Positions 28,271-40,844 of a stretch of DNA of 64,000 nucleotides are shown here, piece by piece. The number at the start of each line of letters is the position of its first letter. The stretch's first letter is position 1. Source of the DNA: Hyphomonas sp. (GTDB lineage Bacteria; Pseudomonadota; Alphaproteobacteria; Caulobacterales; Hyphomonadaceae). The notes under the pieces are model-generated. The model had not been told where the DNA came from, ran no database searches, and saw only the letters and a list, made by a program, of their open reading frames with translations. The position numbers and the translations under genes were made by a program. The stretch is from contig JBGSVY010000252.1 in assembly GCA_041752715.1 (NCBI GenBank), forward strand, positions 2,960 to 66,959, in the 5' to 3' direction.

Positions 28271-29667
28271 CAGAGACCTCCCTCACACACCTTCTTTGCC
28301 GCCGCGACGATATCGTCCGCATTCGGAAGGCTCAGGGCTTCGAGGTTCGCCGCGTAAGGCAGCGGCACGTCCTTCTGGTGGACGCGGGCGGGCGGGGCGT
28401 CGAGATAGTCGAACGCTTCGGTCACGACCGTCGCGGCGATTTCCGCGCCGACGCCAAAGAAGCGCCAGCCTTCTTCGCAGCAGACGAGGCGGCTAGTTTT
28501 CTTGACGCTTTCGACCACGGTGTCCGTATCAAGCGGGCGAAGCGTGCGCAGGTCGATGACTTCCGCGCTGATGCCCTCCGCGGCAAGCCGCTCGGCAGCC
28601 TGCAGCGCGAAGCCAACCATGCGCGAATGCGCGACCAGCGTAACATCCGTACCTTCGCGTTTCACCGCCGCCTTGCCGATCGACAGGACGAAATCGTCCC
28701 CATCCGGCACCGGGGAGGATTGGCCGTAGAGCAGCTCGTGCTCGAGGAAGACGACCGGGTTCGGGTCGCGGATGGCGGCCTTCAGGAGGCCCTTGGCGTC
28801 CGCCGCGCTGTAAGGCGCGATGACCTTTAGGCCGGGAATCTGTGCGTACCAGGACGAATAGTCATGACTGTGCTGCGCGCCCACACGGCTGGCGGCGCCG
28901 TTGGGACCGCGGAACACGATGGGGCAGCCCATCTGGCCGCCGCTCATGTAGAGCGTCTTGGCCGCCGAGTTGATGATATGGTCGATCGCCTGCATGGCGA
29001 AGTTGAAGGTCATGAACTCGACCACGGGACGCAGGCCGGCAAAGGCCGCGCCGACGCCGAGGCCGGCAAAGCCATGCTCCGTGATCGGCGTATCGATCAC
29101 GCGGCGATCCCCGAATTCCTGCAGCAACTCCCGCGTCACCTTGTAGGCGCCCTGATACTGCGCGACTTCCTCGCCCATGACGAACACACGCTCGTCCCGG
29201 CGCATCTCCTCGGCCATTGCATCGCGCAAGGCGTCGCGCACGGTTGTTTCGGTGAACGTGGTGCCTTCGGGGAGAGAGGGATCGTTTGGCAGGTTGGCCT
29301 TCGGGGAAGCATCACTGGTCCGCTCTTCCCGGCGCAAGCCGGGATCCAGAGCTGGCGCGGCTTTGACTTCAGAAGTCTGGGCCCCGGCTTTCGCCGGGGT
29401 GAGCGGAACCTCTGAAGTCGCTTCCCCCTCGCCCGTCAGCACGGCAATGACCGCATTGACCTTCACGCCCTCGGTGCCTTCCGGCACGACGATCCGCGCA
29501 ATCACACCCTCATCGACCGCCTCGACCTCCATCGTCGCCTTATCGGTTTCGATTTCGGCGATGATGTCGCCGGACTTCACCGCGTCGCCTTCCTTCTTCA
29601 GCCATTTGGAGAGCGTGCCCTCCTCCATGGTGGGCGACAGTGCCGGCATGAGAATATCGACTGACAT
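28270..29667 (-). CDS. pdhB: Pyruvate dehydrogenase E1 beta with N-terminal lipoyl domain
   Basis: [17 protein letters not shown] lipoyl domain, [23 protein letters not shown]. Confidence 0.97.
   Translation of the reverse strand: MSVDILMPALSPTMEEGTLSKWLKKEGDAVKSGDIIAEIETDKATMEVEAVDEGVIARIVVPEGTEGVKVNAVIAVLTGEGEATSEVPLTPAKAGAQTSEVKAAPALDPGLRREERTSDASPKANLPNDPSLPEGTTFTETTVRDALRDAMAEEMRRDERVFVMGEEVAQYQGAYKVTRELLQEFGDRRVIDTPITEHGFAGLGVGAAFAGLRPVVEFMTFNFAMQAIDHIINSAAKTLYMSGGQMGCPIVFRGPNGAASRVGAQHSHDYSSWYAQIPGLKVIAPYSAADAKGLLKAAIRDPNPVVFLEHELLYGQSSPVPDGDDFVLSIGKAAVKREGTDVTLVAHSRMVGFALQAAERLAAEGISAEVIDLRTLRPLDTDTVVESVKKTSRLVCCEEGWRFFGVGAEIAATVVTEAFDYLDAPPARVHQKDVPLPYAANLEALSLPNADDIVAAAKKVCEGGL
29319..29407. 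repeat. REP-doublet-like palindromic element within the pdhB linker
   Basis: TCCGCTCTTCCCGGCGCAAGCCGGGATCCAGA ... TCTGGGCCCCGGCTTTCGCCGGGGTGAGCGGA; same arms as 27853-27929 with a different spacer. Confidence 0.85.
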
Positions 29668-30677
29668 CAGACTGCACCCTCGATCAAAACATCCGTCCAC
29701 AGCTCGCTCGCGTCAGGCTCCGGGCTCTCCAGCGAGAAGTCCGCCGCCTCTTTCACGATCGCCTTGATCTCGTTGTCGATCTTCTTGAGATCGTCTTCGG
29801 TCGCATGGCCCTGCTCGATGATCTGACCCTTCAGGCCCTCGATCGGATCATGGTGCGTGCGGATGTCGTCGACTTCCTCCCGCTTGCGGTACTTCGCGGG
29901 GTCCGACATCGAATGGCCGCGGTAGCGATACGTCTTCATCTCGAGGATATACGGCCCCTTGCCGGCGCGCGCATGAGCGACAGCCTTTTGCCCCGCCTCG
30001 CGCACGGCCAGCACATCCATGCCGTCGACTTCCTCGCCTTCGATCTCGAAGCTGATTCCGCGCTTGAACAGTTCCACTTCCGCCGAGGCGCGCTCCACGC
30101 TCGTGCCCATCGCGTACATGTTGTTCTCGATGACGTAGATCACCGGCAGCTTCCACAGCGAGGCCATGTTGAAGGCCTCGTACACCTGCCCCTGGTTGGC
30201 GGCGCCGTCACCGAAATAGGCGAGGCTCACGTTGTCATTGCCACGATACTTGTTGGCGAAGGCGAGGCCCGTGCCGAGCGGCACCTGCGCGCCGACGATG
30301 CCGTGTCCGCCATAGAAGTTCTTCTCTTTCGAGAACATGTGCATCGAGCCGCCCTTGCCGCGCGACAGGCCGCCGATGCGTCCGGTGAGTTCCGCCATGA
30401 CACCGTTGGGGTCGAGACCGCAGGCCAGCATGTGGCCATGGTCACGGTAGCCGGTGATCACCTGGTCGCCGTCCTTGAGGCAGGACTGCATGCCGGTCAC
30501 GACCGCTTCCTGCCCGATATAGAGGTGGCAGAAACCCGCGATCTTGCCCATGCCATAGAGCTGGCCGGCCTTTTCCTCGAAACGCCTGATCAGCAGCATC
30601 TCGCGATAGAAACGCAACATATCTGCTTTGGTCGCTTTTGCGGGTGCCTTTTTCGCACTCTTCGTCTTTGTGGCCAT
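29667..30677 (-). CDS. pdhA: Pyruvate dehydrogenase E1 alpha
   Basis: [23 protein letters not shown] motif, [11 protein letters not shown]. Confidence 0.97.
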   Translation of the reverse strand: MATKTKSAKKAPAKATKADMLRFYREMLLIRRFEEKAGQLYGMGKIAGFCHLYIGQEAVVTGMQSCLKDGDQVITGYRDHGHMLACGLDPNGVMAELTGRIGGLSRGKGGSMHMFSKEKNFYGGHGIVGAQVPLGTGLAFANKYRGNDNVSLAYFGDGAANQGQVYEAFNMASLWKLPVIYVIENNMYAMGTSVERASAEVELFKRGISFEIEGEEVDGMDVLAVREAGQKAVAHARAGKGPYILEMKTYRYRGHSMSDPAKYRKREEVDDIRTHHDPIEGLKGQIIEQGHATEDDLKKIDNEIKAIVKEAADFSLESPEPDASELWTDVLIEGAV

Positions 30678-30740
30678 ACCGGTGCCTCCCTGACGTGTTA
30701 TGTCCCCGCAATTCTGCAGCGACAAGTCATTCCACCGATG

Positions 30741-31040
30741 TCATTTTGCAGAGGTCCGTTCCGGCGTCAGCAGCACGATCTCGCCCGGATAGACGAAGGC
30801 CAGCTTGTCGCGGGCAAGCGCTTCGACGAAGTCAGGATCGACGGACCCTGGCGTCAGTCGGCGGATATCGATCTTCAGGCGCTCGATCTCGGCCTGAAGC
30901 CGCTCCAGTTCAGCTTGGCGGTCCTGCAGTTCGATCTGCGCATCGGTCCATTGGCCGAGTCCCTTCTCCCCCGCAAAGGCGTGGTAGGCGAAATACAGCA
31001 CGAGAAGGCTCAGCCCGAGGGCTTGCAAGCGTGGAACCAT
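30741..31040 (-). CDS. ftsB: Septum formation initiator FtsB/DivIC
   Basis: N-terminal TM, coiled coil, DFVEALARDKL..PGE; usual eno-ftsB-pdhA position. Confidence 0.85.
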   Translation of the reverse strand: MVPRLQALGLSLLVLYFAYHAFAGEKGLGQWTDAQIELQDRQAELERLQAEIERLKIDIRRLTPGSVDPDFVEALARDKLAFVYPGEIVLLTPERTSAK

Positions 31041-31087
31041 GACACCCGTCTAACGCCGCGATGGTTAAGCAACGATGACCGTCAGGG

Positions 31088-32158
31088 TCAGCCTTGCTCT
31101 TGCTGGAAGATCTCCAACAGGCGCCGGGCCTGATCGTGCGGCGCAAGGCCGGAAAGATCGAGCCATTGCCGGTCGATCAGGAAATACTCGAAATCCTCGG
31201 GCGGTTCGGTGGCATCGAGTCGCACTGGCAACATTGGCCGCTTGTACTTGTCGGCGAGGTAGATCTCCCGGCGCACATTGTCCGAAGCGAAAGCGTCCGC
31301 CGAGCACATCAGACAAAAAGTTCCGGACGACTTGATGGCGCGGACGATCAACACGGCCCAGTTCTCGCCCGCCTGAATGTCATCGCGGTCAATCCAGACC
31401 TTGCGGCCGAGCGATTCGACAGAAGCGACGAGAGGATAAACGACGTCGCTGTTCTTGCGCGCGTAGGACACGAAGACGAGATCGCCCATCGCGCCGGCGG
31501 GTGCCGGTGCGGGTGCGGACGCCTGTTCTGTATCCTGTGACGGCGCACCGGCTTCTTCGCGGTCCTGAGGCACATGACCCGCCTCGCCATGCGAAGCGCG
31601 CCGGCCGAAAATTCGGCCCCAGAAGCCGGGCGCCGGCGACTTAGTGGGCCCGCGCTGAGGCTCTTCTCCGCCAGCTGTTCCGAAACCCTTTGGTCTGTCT
31701 GGCGGTTTCGCGGGTGCACGCTTTGGCGCGCCGCTTCCACCGGCCTCATCGGGCACGATCACGGCGTCCGGCAAAGGCGGTTCACTCGGCCGCCGATCGA
31801 TGCGGGACACGGTCTCAATGATCTTCTGGTAATTGAATTGCCGCGATGGCTCAAAGCTGAGGTCGATCATGTCGACATCCGACAGCCCCCTCGGGGCGAG
31901 TGCGTGATCGAGCCGCGCGAGGACAAGACGGCCTTCCGACCAGGCGTCGATGGCGCGATTGGTAAACATTATCTGCCCTGCCGACATCATCATGTCGCGC
32001 GACCAGAGGGCCACTGTCACTTCCCCCGGCAGAGCTGGCGGAAAATGTCCATCGATGGTTGGTACCCGGACCTGGTATCCTCGCTGCTTTGCAAATTCGA
32101 CAAAGGCCGTTGCCGCGTGTTGGTCCGCCGCAGACGCGATGAGGTAAATTCTGAACAT
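31088..32158 (-). CDS. TIR-domain protein (degenerate N-terminal TIR-like domain, Pro-rich linker, C-terminal TIR_2)
   Basis: C-terminal VFVSYAR..WID..I.AGENW..I..S..S..VRRE; N-terminal VALWSR/GRLVLARLD TIR-like segment. Confidence 0.8.
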   Translation of the reverse strand: MFRIYLIASAADQHAATAFVEFAKQRGYQVRVPTIDGHFPPALPGEVTVALWSRDMMMSAGQIMFTNRAIDAWSEGRLVLARLDHALAPRGLSDVDMIDLSFEPSRQFNYQKIIETVSRIDRRPSEPPLPDAVIVPDEAGGSGAPKRAPAKPPDRPKGFGTAGGEEPQRGPTKSPAPGFWGRIFGRRASHGEAGHVPQDREEAGAPSQDTEQASAPAPAPAGAMGDLVFVSYARKNSDVVYPLVASVESLGRKVWIDRDDIQAGENWAVLIVRAIKSSGTFCLMCSADAFASDNVRREIYLADKYKRPMLPVRLDATEPPEDFEYFLIDRQWLDLSGLAPHDQARRLLEIFQQEQG

Positions 32159-32249
32159 CAGGTGCCCCTGGGCGACGTTTGACCAGACAATAACGTCTTA
32201 CCACACGCCAGCCGCGGCGTCCCCCAGCGTCTTACGGTATCGCCGCCGC

Positions 32250-33644
<1,395 letters not shown>

Positions 33645-33830
33645 CTAGATATCCTCGCGCGGCTCTAGAACTTGCCGGCCGCGATAGACGCCAGTCTTGA
33701 GGTCGATGTGATGTGGACGGCGAAGCTCGCCCGAATCCTTGTCCTCAATGAAGGTATTCATCTCGAGCCTGTCGTGGCTGCGGCGCATGCGGGTGCGCGA
33801 CTTCGATTTCTTGCTCTTGGGGACTGCCAT
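33645..33830 (-). CDS. rpmF: 50S ribosomal protein L32
   Basis: [19 protein letters not shown]...RRPHHID..G.YRGRQV. Confidence 0.96.
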   Translation of the reverse strand: MAVPKSKKSKSRTRMRRSHDRLEMNTFIEDKDSGELRRPHHIDLKTGVYRGRQVLEPREDI

Positions 33831-34147
33831 GACTTGGATCCGGAATCTGGTTTGACCGCAGGGGCTGTCGCCCTTCGGGAAAGCGAGCCTGTTAACGGAA
33901 CCGGGGGGACATGGCAAGCGGCGGCTGCACGAAAATCGAAGGACCGCGCGGCCTGAAGCAAAATGGCCAGCCCGAAGGCTGGCCAAGGTCTGCAAGAAGG
34001 ACGCCGGCCCTTCGCCCTGGTAAGGAACCTGATAAGCTCCGGGCCGACAGGTTTGGTTAATAACGGAATGAGTCTGAACAATGGCACCGGTAGCCGTTGT
34101 GTTGCGTTCAGGATTGACGACGCGCGTCTCAGGTTGGGTGGACAGCG

Positions 34148-34882
34148 TCAGTCCGCAGGCCTTGTGAATATGGCCTCCAGGCTACGCAGGTTCATACCGT
34201 TTTTGAGGTAGTTCGCCGGCGTGAGGTTTACCGCCTTGATCAGTCCCCGCTCAAGGCGCGTGCGCTCGCCGTTCTCGCCGGGCACCATATCAAAATCGAT
34301 GATGTTGATGCATCCGGTGTCCTGCTCAAATCCTGCACTGGCACCGAGCGGTGCGCCGATAATATCAGCGAGCAACATACGGTTGACCACTTCATGGGCG
34401 ACCACCAGCGCGGTTGCCCAGCCCGGCCGAACGAGGAGGTCGCCGAGGCCTTCTCGGATGCGAATCAAGGCGTCTGAAAACTTCTCCCCTCCTGGCAGAA
34501 AGCTCGCCTCTGGATGGCCTGCCTGCTCGAATGTAAATGTCATCACAGCCGCGAGATGCTCGGCGGACTTGAAATCCATGTATTGCCCGGAGCGCAATTC
34601 GCCGAAGCGCGGCTCCTCTTCCAGGATTGGCGCGTTGGGGTGTTCAGCCAGCACGATTTCTGCAGTCTGCCGCGTCCGGGTCAATCCCGAACAGATCGCG
34701 AGATCGAAATGCACTTCCGACAACGCTGCCCCAGCCGCTCGGGCTTCGGCGCGCCCTTGTGAGGTGAGGCTGGCAATCGACGGATCCCGCGCCGCCCTCA
34801 CCGCCTGAGACGTGTAGTCGACAAACCCGTGCCGCATCAGGTACACGCGCCGCCGCCCCGTGGTGCCGGGTAATGCGCTCAT
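34148..34882 (-). CDS. Histidine phosphatase family protein
   Basis: [19 protein letters not shown] motifs. Confidence 0.88.
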   Translation of the reverse strand: MSALPGTTGRRRVYLMRHGFVDYTSQAVRAARDPSIASLTSQGRAEARAAGAALSEVHFDLAICSGLTRTRQTAEIVLAEHPNAPILEEEPRFGELRSGQYMDFKSAEHLAAVMTFTFEQAGHPEASFLPGGEKFSDALIRIREGLGDLLVRPGWATALVVAHEVVNRMLLADIIGAPLGASAGFEQDTGCINIIDFDMVPGENGERTRLERGLIKAVNLTPANYLKNGMNLRSLEAIFTRPAD

Positions 34883-35979
34883 GCGGTCTGGATGCCCCAA
34901 TCCTTCAGCACGTCAGCGGAATGTTCGCCAATGCCGGCAGGCCGCCTCTGGATGGCCCCTGGCGTTTCCGAAAAGCGCGGTGCAGGCGCCGGTTGCATGA
35001 CGCCTTCGACCTCAACGAATGTCTCGCGATCAGTGTTATGCCTGTAGTACGGCGCCTCGCTCAACGACAGAACCGGCGCAAAGCAGATATCTGTTCCTTC
35101 CATGACGGCGCACCATTCGTCACGCGTTTTGGTGCTGAAGATGGCCATCAGCTTCGCCTTCAGCTCCGGCCATTTCGACCTGTCCATTTGCGCGTCCCAT
35201 TCGGCGCTCGTCAGCCCGGCTTTCTCACGCAGCAGGGCGTAGAATTGCGGCTCAATGGATCCGATCGCGACCCATTTTCCGTCCTTGCATTCATAGGTGT
35301 CGTAGAAGTGCGCGCCGCCATCGAGAAGGTTCGCTTCGCGCTCGTCGGTCCAGACGCCCATCGCCTTCATGCCGTAGAACATGGTGGCGAGCGAGGCCGC
35401 ACCATCCGACATTGCGACATCGACAACCTGCCCTTTGCCGCCAGCCTTCACGCTCAGGATGCCTGCAAGCAGCCCCATCGCCAGGTAAAGGGCACCGCCG
35501 CCATAGTCGCCGATGAGGTTCAGCGGAGGCCTTGGGCGGCCATCGCCGTCGCCCATCGCGTGAAGAGCGCCCGTGATCGCGATGTAGTTGAGGTCATGTC
35601 CTGCGGCTTGCGACAGCGCACCTGTTTGCCCCCATCCGGTCATTCGACCGTAGACAAGTTTCGGGTTCCGCGTCAGCACGATATCCGGGCCAAGGCCGTT
35701 GCGTTCCATCACGCCGGGCCGGAAGCCCTCGATGAGGGCATCCGCTTTATCCAGCAATTTCAGGGCAATCAAAACATCGCCGGGCTCCTTGAGGTTCAGC
35801 CCGACCGATCGCTTGCTCCGGCTCATGACATCGGCGGCCCGGCCTGGCCGGCCATCGCCCGGTCGGTCGATTCGCACGACATCGGCGCCAAGATCCGCCA
35901 GTAGCATGCCGCAAAAAGGTCCCGGTCCGATCCCGGCGAACTCGACGATCCTGACGCCCGAAAGCGGCCCCTTGCTCAT
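34879..35979 (-). CDS. CaiB/BaiF family CoA-transferase (alpha-methylacyl-CoA racemase-like)
   Basis: GIGPGPFCGMLLADLGA, EGFRPGVMER, GHDLNY, PAPAPRFS. Confidence 0.93.
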   Translation of the reverse strand: MSKGPLSGVRIVEFAGIGPGPFCGMLLADLGADVVRIDRPGDGRPGRAADVMSRSKRSVGLNLKEPGDVLIALKLLDKADALIEGFRPGVMERNGLGPDIVLTRNPKLVYGRMTGWGQTGALSQAAGHDLNYIAITGALHAMGDGDGRPRPPLNLIGDYGGGALYLAMGLLAGILSVKAGGKGQVVDVAMSDGAASLATMFYGMKAMGVWTDEREANLLDGGAHFYDTYECKDGKWVAIGSIEPQFYALLREKAGLTSAEWDAQMDRSKWPELKAKLMAIFSTKTRDEWCAVMEGTDICFAPVLSLSEAPYYRHNTDRETFVEVEGVMQPAPAPRFSETPGAIQRRPAGIGEHSADVLKDWGIQTA

Positions 35980-36014
35980 GGCAGTCCTCCCTTTATCTGC
36001 GCCGCGTCTGGCGG

Positions 36015-36029
36015 TTAGCGGAACTTTAA
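36015..36029. promoter_or_regulatory. Possible CtrA box
   Basis: Minus strand reads TTAA-AGTTCCG-CTAA(C), one mismatch to TTAA-N7-TTAAC; about 65 nt upstream of the PopA-like gene. Confidence 0.45.
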
Positions 36030-36092
36030 GTATAGGCGCCTCAAAAGGAAGGGGTGCCGCCGCGTCGCCCCTTTAGCTGAATAGTTGCGTAT

Positions 36093-37355
36093 ATGTCAGA
36101 CTTGCGTTTCCTCGACCCGCCTATCGAAGTTGCTGCGGCGAGCCCGCGACTCGAGATGATTATGTCCCGCTTGCGATCGAGTGGCCTGCGGCCTTATGCG
36201 GCCTCTGAACCGCTCGACTTCAACGTTGCTGATACGCTTTTGATTGATGTCTCGAGCGTATCTCGTGAAACCCTTCTGCGTTGCGCCCGGGCCGCGATGA
36301 TCGAAACGCAACGTCAGATTGTCATGCTCGATCTTGAGGGAGAAGGGACTTTCAGCGACGATACACTCGTCTTGAGGCGCGATCGTGATCTGACCCTCCT
36401 GCGCAGCCGGCTTGCCGCAATTTCCCGCCGCGGATCGCGACTTAGCGAAGCCGCGATCCGGCGCGAGACAGCCAGCGGTCTTGGCGCGAAATTGCCCCCT
36501 CCCAATCTCGATGCTGAACCGGACCTTCTCTATATTGGTGACGGGTCAGCTTTGTTCCTCGCCCTAAAAGGGGCGCTATCGAAAAGGGGCATACCCGTCA
36601 TTCCTGCCTTGAGCCGCCACACCGCACGGGAATATATCAGTGAGCGGCGCTTTTCTGGCGCACTTGTCGACATTGAAGCGTGCGACCGAGGCGCCGGCGG
36701 CTTTGCCGACTGGATCATTTCGGACAATGGACTTGGCGCGCTTCCAATCTTCGCGCTCGTGCCGAGCGACATGCGCCACACCGAGCGTCAGAATGCTTTA
36801 ATCGGGCTCTCAACTGAGGTCGTTTCTTGCGACGGCCGCACGAGCCAGATCGCAACGACGATAGAGAGGCTCGCGCGACGGTCACTCGCCCAGGCCCCCT
36901 TCATCCCTCAACCCGCTCTAAACTCTGTGATCTGTGACCTGACGACGGGGCTTTTCTCACGTCGATTCTTCGAGACTCACCTGTCAAACCAGATGGCTGT
37001 TGCGGCGGCCCGGGCAGAAACACTATCGCTTTTGACGCTCAGGCTTGACGGCCCTTCAGCTACACTTCGCGACACACAGCGACTGTTCGTGAACACCATG
37101 AGACCGTTGCTTCGCGAAACCGACTGTCCGGCGATTCTGTCGCCGGGCCAATTTGCGGTTTCCTTGCCATCTACACCTTATCGCGGCGGAGCGTATCTCA
37201 GTGAGCGGATCGTCGATGCTGCTGCCCGGACTAAGGGACTGGCAGACGTTAAGCTACTCTGGCGGATCGTCGAGAAGCGCGCCTACCACACACCACAGAC
37301 GTTTCTCGGAGCTTGCCTTGCGGGCCCCTACATGCGCTGCATCAAAGCGGCTTAA
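36093..37355 (+). CDS. Degenerate PleD/PopA-like protein (receiver-like domains plus degenerate GGDEF)
   Basis: DLTTGLFSRRFF GGDEF entry motif; RETD (RxxD I-site) followed by degenerate SPGQF. Confidence 0.65.
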   Translation: MSDLRFLDPPIEVAAASPRLEMIMSRLRSSGLRPYAASEPLDFNVADTLLIDVSSVSRETLLRCARAAMIETQRQIVMLDLEGEGTFSDDTLVLRRDRDLTLLRSRLAAISRRGSRLSEAAIRRETASGLGAKLPPPNLDAEPDLLYIGDGSALFLALKGALSKRGIPVIPALSRHTAREYISERRFSGALVDIEACDRGAGGFADWIISDNGLGALPIFALVPSDMRHTERQNALIGLSTEVVSCDGRTSQIATTIERLARRSLAQAPFIPQPALNSVICDLTTGLFSRRFFETHLSNQMAVAAARAETLSLLTLRLDGPSATLRDTQRLFVNTMRPLLRETDCPAILSPGQFAVSLPSTPYRGGAYLSERIVDAAARTKGLADVKLLWRIVEKRAYHTPQTFLGACLAGPYMRCIKAA

Positions 37356-40300
37356 GCAACGACAACGCCTGACAAGACTTCCAGTTCCTTGAGGAAGTTG
37401 CGGACCAGGCCGAGGCGCTTTTCCGGACCTGCCGCCAGGCCTGAGTGCACCAGTTTCGAATCCGGCCGCAGGCGTAACGCGCTTGGCCGTGTACGGACAA
37501 GCTCCATGAGGCGTGCCGGATCCAGCACTGTGTCGGGCCTGAAGGCAAACACAGCTCCCTTTTCTCCGGCATCGAGCTTGGAGACACCCAGCGCTTTGCA
37601 CAAAACCTTGATCGCAGTGACTTCGAGCAACTGCTGGGTCGCGTCGGGCATCGGTCCGAACCGGTCAATCAGCTCGGCAGCGAAGGCTTCGCGTTCCGCC
37701 GCGGTCCGGATTTCCGAGAGACGGCGGTAGAGCGATAAACGGATATTGAGATCGTCGACGTAAGTCTCCGGGATAAGGACGGCAACGCCGAGATTGATCT
37801 GCGGGGACCAATCATCTGCCACGTCGGCGGCATCTCGCGCGCCCGCGTTCAGGGCCCTGACAGCGTCCTCGAGCATCGACTGGTAAAGCTCAACACCCAC
37901 TTCTTTGACATGACCCGATTGCGCGTCTCCTAGCAGATTTCCAGACCCGCGCATGTCGAGGTCGTGGCTCGCGAGCTGGAAGCCCGCGCCAAGAGAATCA
38001 AGCGATTGAAGTACCTTCAGTCGCTTCTCCGCTGATTCAGTGACGACTTTGTCTCTCGGTGTGGTCAAATAAGCGTATGCGCGCAGTTTTGACCGCCCGA
38101 CACGGCCGCGCAATTGGTAGAGTTGCGCCAGTCCGAACATATCCGCGCGGTGGATGATCAGCGTATTCGCGCGTGGAATATCCAGTCCACTTTCCACGAT
38201 CGTCGTCGAGAGCAGCACGTCATACTTGCCCTCATAAAACGCCGTCATGATGTCTTCAAGTTCGCCCGCCGCCATCTGCCCGTGAGCAACGATGTATGAA
38301 ACTTCGGGCACCTTGGTCGAAAGGAACGTCTCCAGCTTCTCGAGATCCTGAATGCGGGGCGCAACGAAGAAGGCTTGTCCGCCGCGATACTTCTCCCGGA
38401 GCAGAGCTTCGCGAAGGGTGACTGTATCCTCCTCGGTGATGTAGGTGCGCACTGCCAGCCGATCGACAGGCGGCGTCGCGATGATCGACAAATCGCGAAT
38501 GCCGGTAAGCGCCATCTGCAATGTGCGGGGAATGGGCGTTGCAGACAGCGTCAGAACATGAACATCGGATTTCAGCTCTTTGAGCCGCTCCTTGTGCTTG
38601 ACGCCAAAGCGTTGCTCCTCGTCAACGATCAAAAGGCCCAATCGCTTGAAATCGATACCACCCGCAAGCAGCGCGTGCGTCCCGACAATCACATCGACGC
38701 TGCCATTTGCCAGTCCTTCACGTGCTTCCGCGGCTTCACGTTGTCCGACAAGCCGGGAGAGGTGCCTGACCACCAGGGGCCATCCGGCGAACCGTGCCTC
38801 GAACGTCTTGAAGTGCTGGCGTGCGAGGAGTGTCGTCGGCGCGATCAGCGCAACCTGTTTGCCGCTCATCGCGGTCACAAACGCCGCGCGCAATGCCACC
38901 TCGGTTTTTCCAAAGCCCACATCGCCGCAGACGAGGCGATCCATCGGCTTGCCTGACCCCAAATCGCCCAGCACGTCCTCGATGGCATTGAGCTGGTCTT
39001 CCGTCTCCTCGTAAGGAAACCGCGCTGAAAACTCTTCGTATAACCCCTGCCCCGCTATCACCGCCTCGGCCCGCTTCAACGCCCGGGCAGCGGCGATGGC
39101 CATAAGTTCGGCCGCCATCTCGAGAATGCGCTTTTTTGCCCGTGCTTTCCGGGTCTGCCAACCAGCGCCCCCCAGCCTGTCAAGCTGGCTTTCTGCTTCC
39201 TCCGACCCATACCGGCTAATCAAATCGATATTCTCGACCGGCAGGAAGATCATGTCGCCGCCCGCGTATTCGAGCTGCAGGCAATCGTGTGGCGCGCCTG
39301 TCAGTTCAAGCGTCTTCAGGCCGGCATAGCGCCCCACGCCGTGATCGACGTGGACGACCAGATCACCTGGTGCGAGTGCGGTCGCATCCGTGATAAAGTT
39401 CGCTGTTTTCTTTTTCCGCCGGGGCGCCGCAAGCCGATCGCCAAGGATGTCGGCTTCGGAAATCATCGCAAAGCCGGGCATCGTGAACCCGGCCTCAAGC
39501 GGTACTTCCACGACCGTGAAATCGGTTTTCATCGCAGCTTCAAGCGTGTGAACCTGAGCAAGACCGGTCATGCCGTGATCGGATAGGACATTGATCAAAC
39601 GATCTGCCGAGCCCGGCGACCACGCAGCGAGCGCGACGGGCTTGCCAGACGCATAAAGCGCACGGGCGTGTGCAATCACAGACTCAAAGATATTTGTTTC
39701 ACTTCGGAGCCGTTCGGGCGCAAAATCACGGCCACGGCGAGCCCCCATATCATAGTGTTTGGGTGCAGGCTCATCAGGACTGAACCGCACAACCGGGTGG
39801 CTCGCAAGATTTGCGTCCAGTTCTGCAGCAGTGAGATAAAGCCGATCCGGCGGCAGCACCTTTGCGTGCCGGGCATCGCCGCCGCCAGCCTCAAGCCGCG
39901 CCCTGAAATAGTCTGCAGCTTGCGTCAACCGCTCCTGCGCCGCTTCACTTGCGAGATGACCGAGGGCGAAGATTGCCCCCTCACCGGCAAACTCAAACAG
40001 GGTCAAAAGCCGATCATGGAATAGCGGCAACCAGGCTTCAACGCCCTGCCGGCGGATCGAGGCACGCGCCGCTTCGTACATCGGATCCCCCGAGGGAGGG
40101 CCAAACGTCGATAGGTAGCGTTCGCGAAACGCGCTCAGGATGCCATCATCAAACAAGATCTCGCTGACCGGCGCGAACGTGACCGATTGGGCGACGCCCG
40201 TCGAGCGCTGCGTCTCGGTGTCAAACGTGCGAAGCGTTTCCAGCGTGTCGCCAAAAAAGTCGAGGCGGAAAGGCTCTGGGGCGGTCGGCGGGAAGATGTC

Positions 40301-40813
40301 TATGATACCCCCGCGCATCGCATACTCGCCTTGCTCGCGCACCGTTCCGGCCCGGATGTAGCCATTGACCGCGAGATACCCGGTCAGGTCTTGTGGTTTG
40401 ATCGATTCGCCGACCCGAATGGCATATGATGCCCGGCGAAGAGTTTCGACCGGTGGCAGCTTCTGCACCAGCGAACTCGCCGTCGTGACAACGAGCAAGG
40501 GGCCTTGCTCGGGTGCGTACTGGGAAAGCCGCGCGAGACCTGCACAACGCCGCGCAGCGACCGCCGGGGTCGGGCTGATACGATCATAGGGAAGAACATC
40601 CCATCCCGGCAGGTCAACCTGTTCCAATCGAGGCGCCGCAAACAACGCCATCCGCCGCGCGGTTGCGGCGAGCCGATCGTCGCGGGCCACATAAACACCG
40701 ATCCCGCCGCGCGCGATCAACCCTTCGCAGAAGGCGATCAGATCGCTACCAAACGGTGCACCCGCAAACAGTGCAGGGCCCGACACGGCTTTGATAAGGT
40801 CACGAGCGGTCAT
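37352..40813 (-). CDS. mfd: Transcription-repair coupling factor Mfd
   Basis: [44 protein letters not shown] at 40813 with GGAG RBS preferred over the upstream TTG. Confidence 0.98.
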   Translation of the reverse strand: MTARDLIKAVSGPALFAGAPFGSDLIAFCEGLIARGGIGVYVARDDRLAATARRMALFAAPRLEQVDLPGWDVLPYDRISPTPAVAARRCAGLARLSQYAPEQGPLLVVTTASSLVQKLPPVETLRRASYAIRVGESIKPQDLTGYLAVNGYIRAGTVREQGEYAMRGGIIDIFPPTAPEPFRLDFFGDTLETLRTFDTETQRSTGVAQSVTFAPVSEILFDDGILSAFRERYLSTFGPPSGDPMYEAARASIRRQGVEAWLPLFHDRLLTLFEFAGEGAIFALGHLASEAAQERLTQAADYFRARLEAGGGDARHAKVLPPDRLYLTAAELDANLASHPVVRFSPDEPAPKHYDMGARRGRDFAPERLRSETNIFESVIAHARALYASGKPVALAAWSPGSADRLINVLSDHGMTGLAQVHTLEAAMKTDFTVVEVPLEAGFTMPGFAMISEADILGDRLAAPRRKKKTANFITDATALAPGDLVVHVDHGVGRYAGLKTLELTGAPHDCLQLEYAGGDMIFLPVENIDLISRYGSEEAESQLDRLGGAGWQTRKARAKKRILEMAAELMAIAAARALKRAEAVIAGQGLYEEFSARFPYEETEDQLNAIEDVLGDLGSGKPMDRLVCGDVGFGKTEVALRAAFVTAMSGKQVALIAPTTLLARQHFKTFEARFAGWPLVVRHLSRLVGQREAAEAREGLANGSVDVIVGTHALLAGGIDFKRLGLLIVDEEQRFGVKHKERLKELKSDVHVLTLSATPIPRTLQMALTGIRDLSIIATPPVDRLAVRTYITEEDTVTLREALLREKYRGGQAFFVAPRIQDLEKLETFLSTKVPEVSYIVAHGQMAAGELEDIMTAFYEGKYDVLLSTTIVESGLDIPRANTLIIHRADMFGLAQLYQLRGRVGRSKLRAYAYLTTPRDKVVTESAEKRLKVLQSLDSLGAGFQLASHDLDMRGSGNLLGDAQSGHVKEVGVELYQSMLEDAVRALNAGARDAADVADDWSPQINLGVAVLIPETYVDDLNIRLSLYRRLSEIRTAAEREAFAAELIDRFGPMPDATQQLLEVTAIKVLCKALGVSKLDAGEKGAVFAFRPDTVLDPARLMELVRTRPSALRLRPDSKLVHSGLAAGPEKRLGLVRNFLKELEVLSGVVVA

Positions 40814-40844
40814 GAAGCTCCCGGCAAATTCCGGCGAGGCAAGG

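Noticed and set aside
28050..29667. Near-duplicate DNA at the 5' ends of pdhB and pdhC
   Set aside because: Explained by homologous lipoyl domains, normal for alphaproteobacterial PDH; only the palindromic linker inserts are reported
33831..34147. Intergenic region of about 320 nt upstream of rpmF as a possible ncRNA
   Set aside because: Only short hairpins; no recognisable RNA family and no terminator-bounded unit
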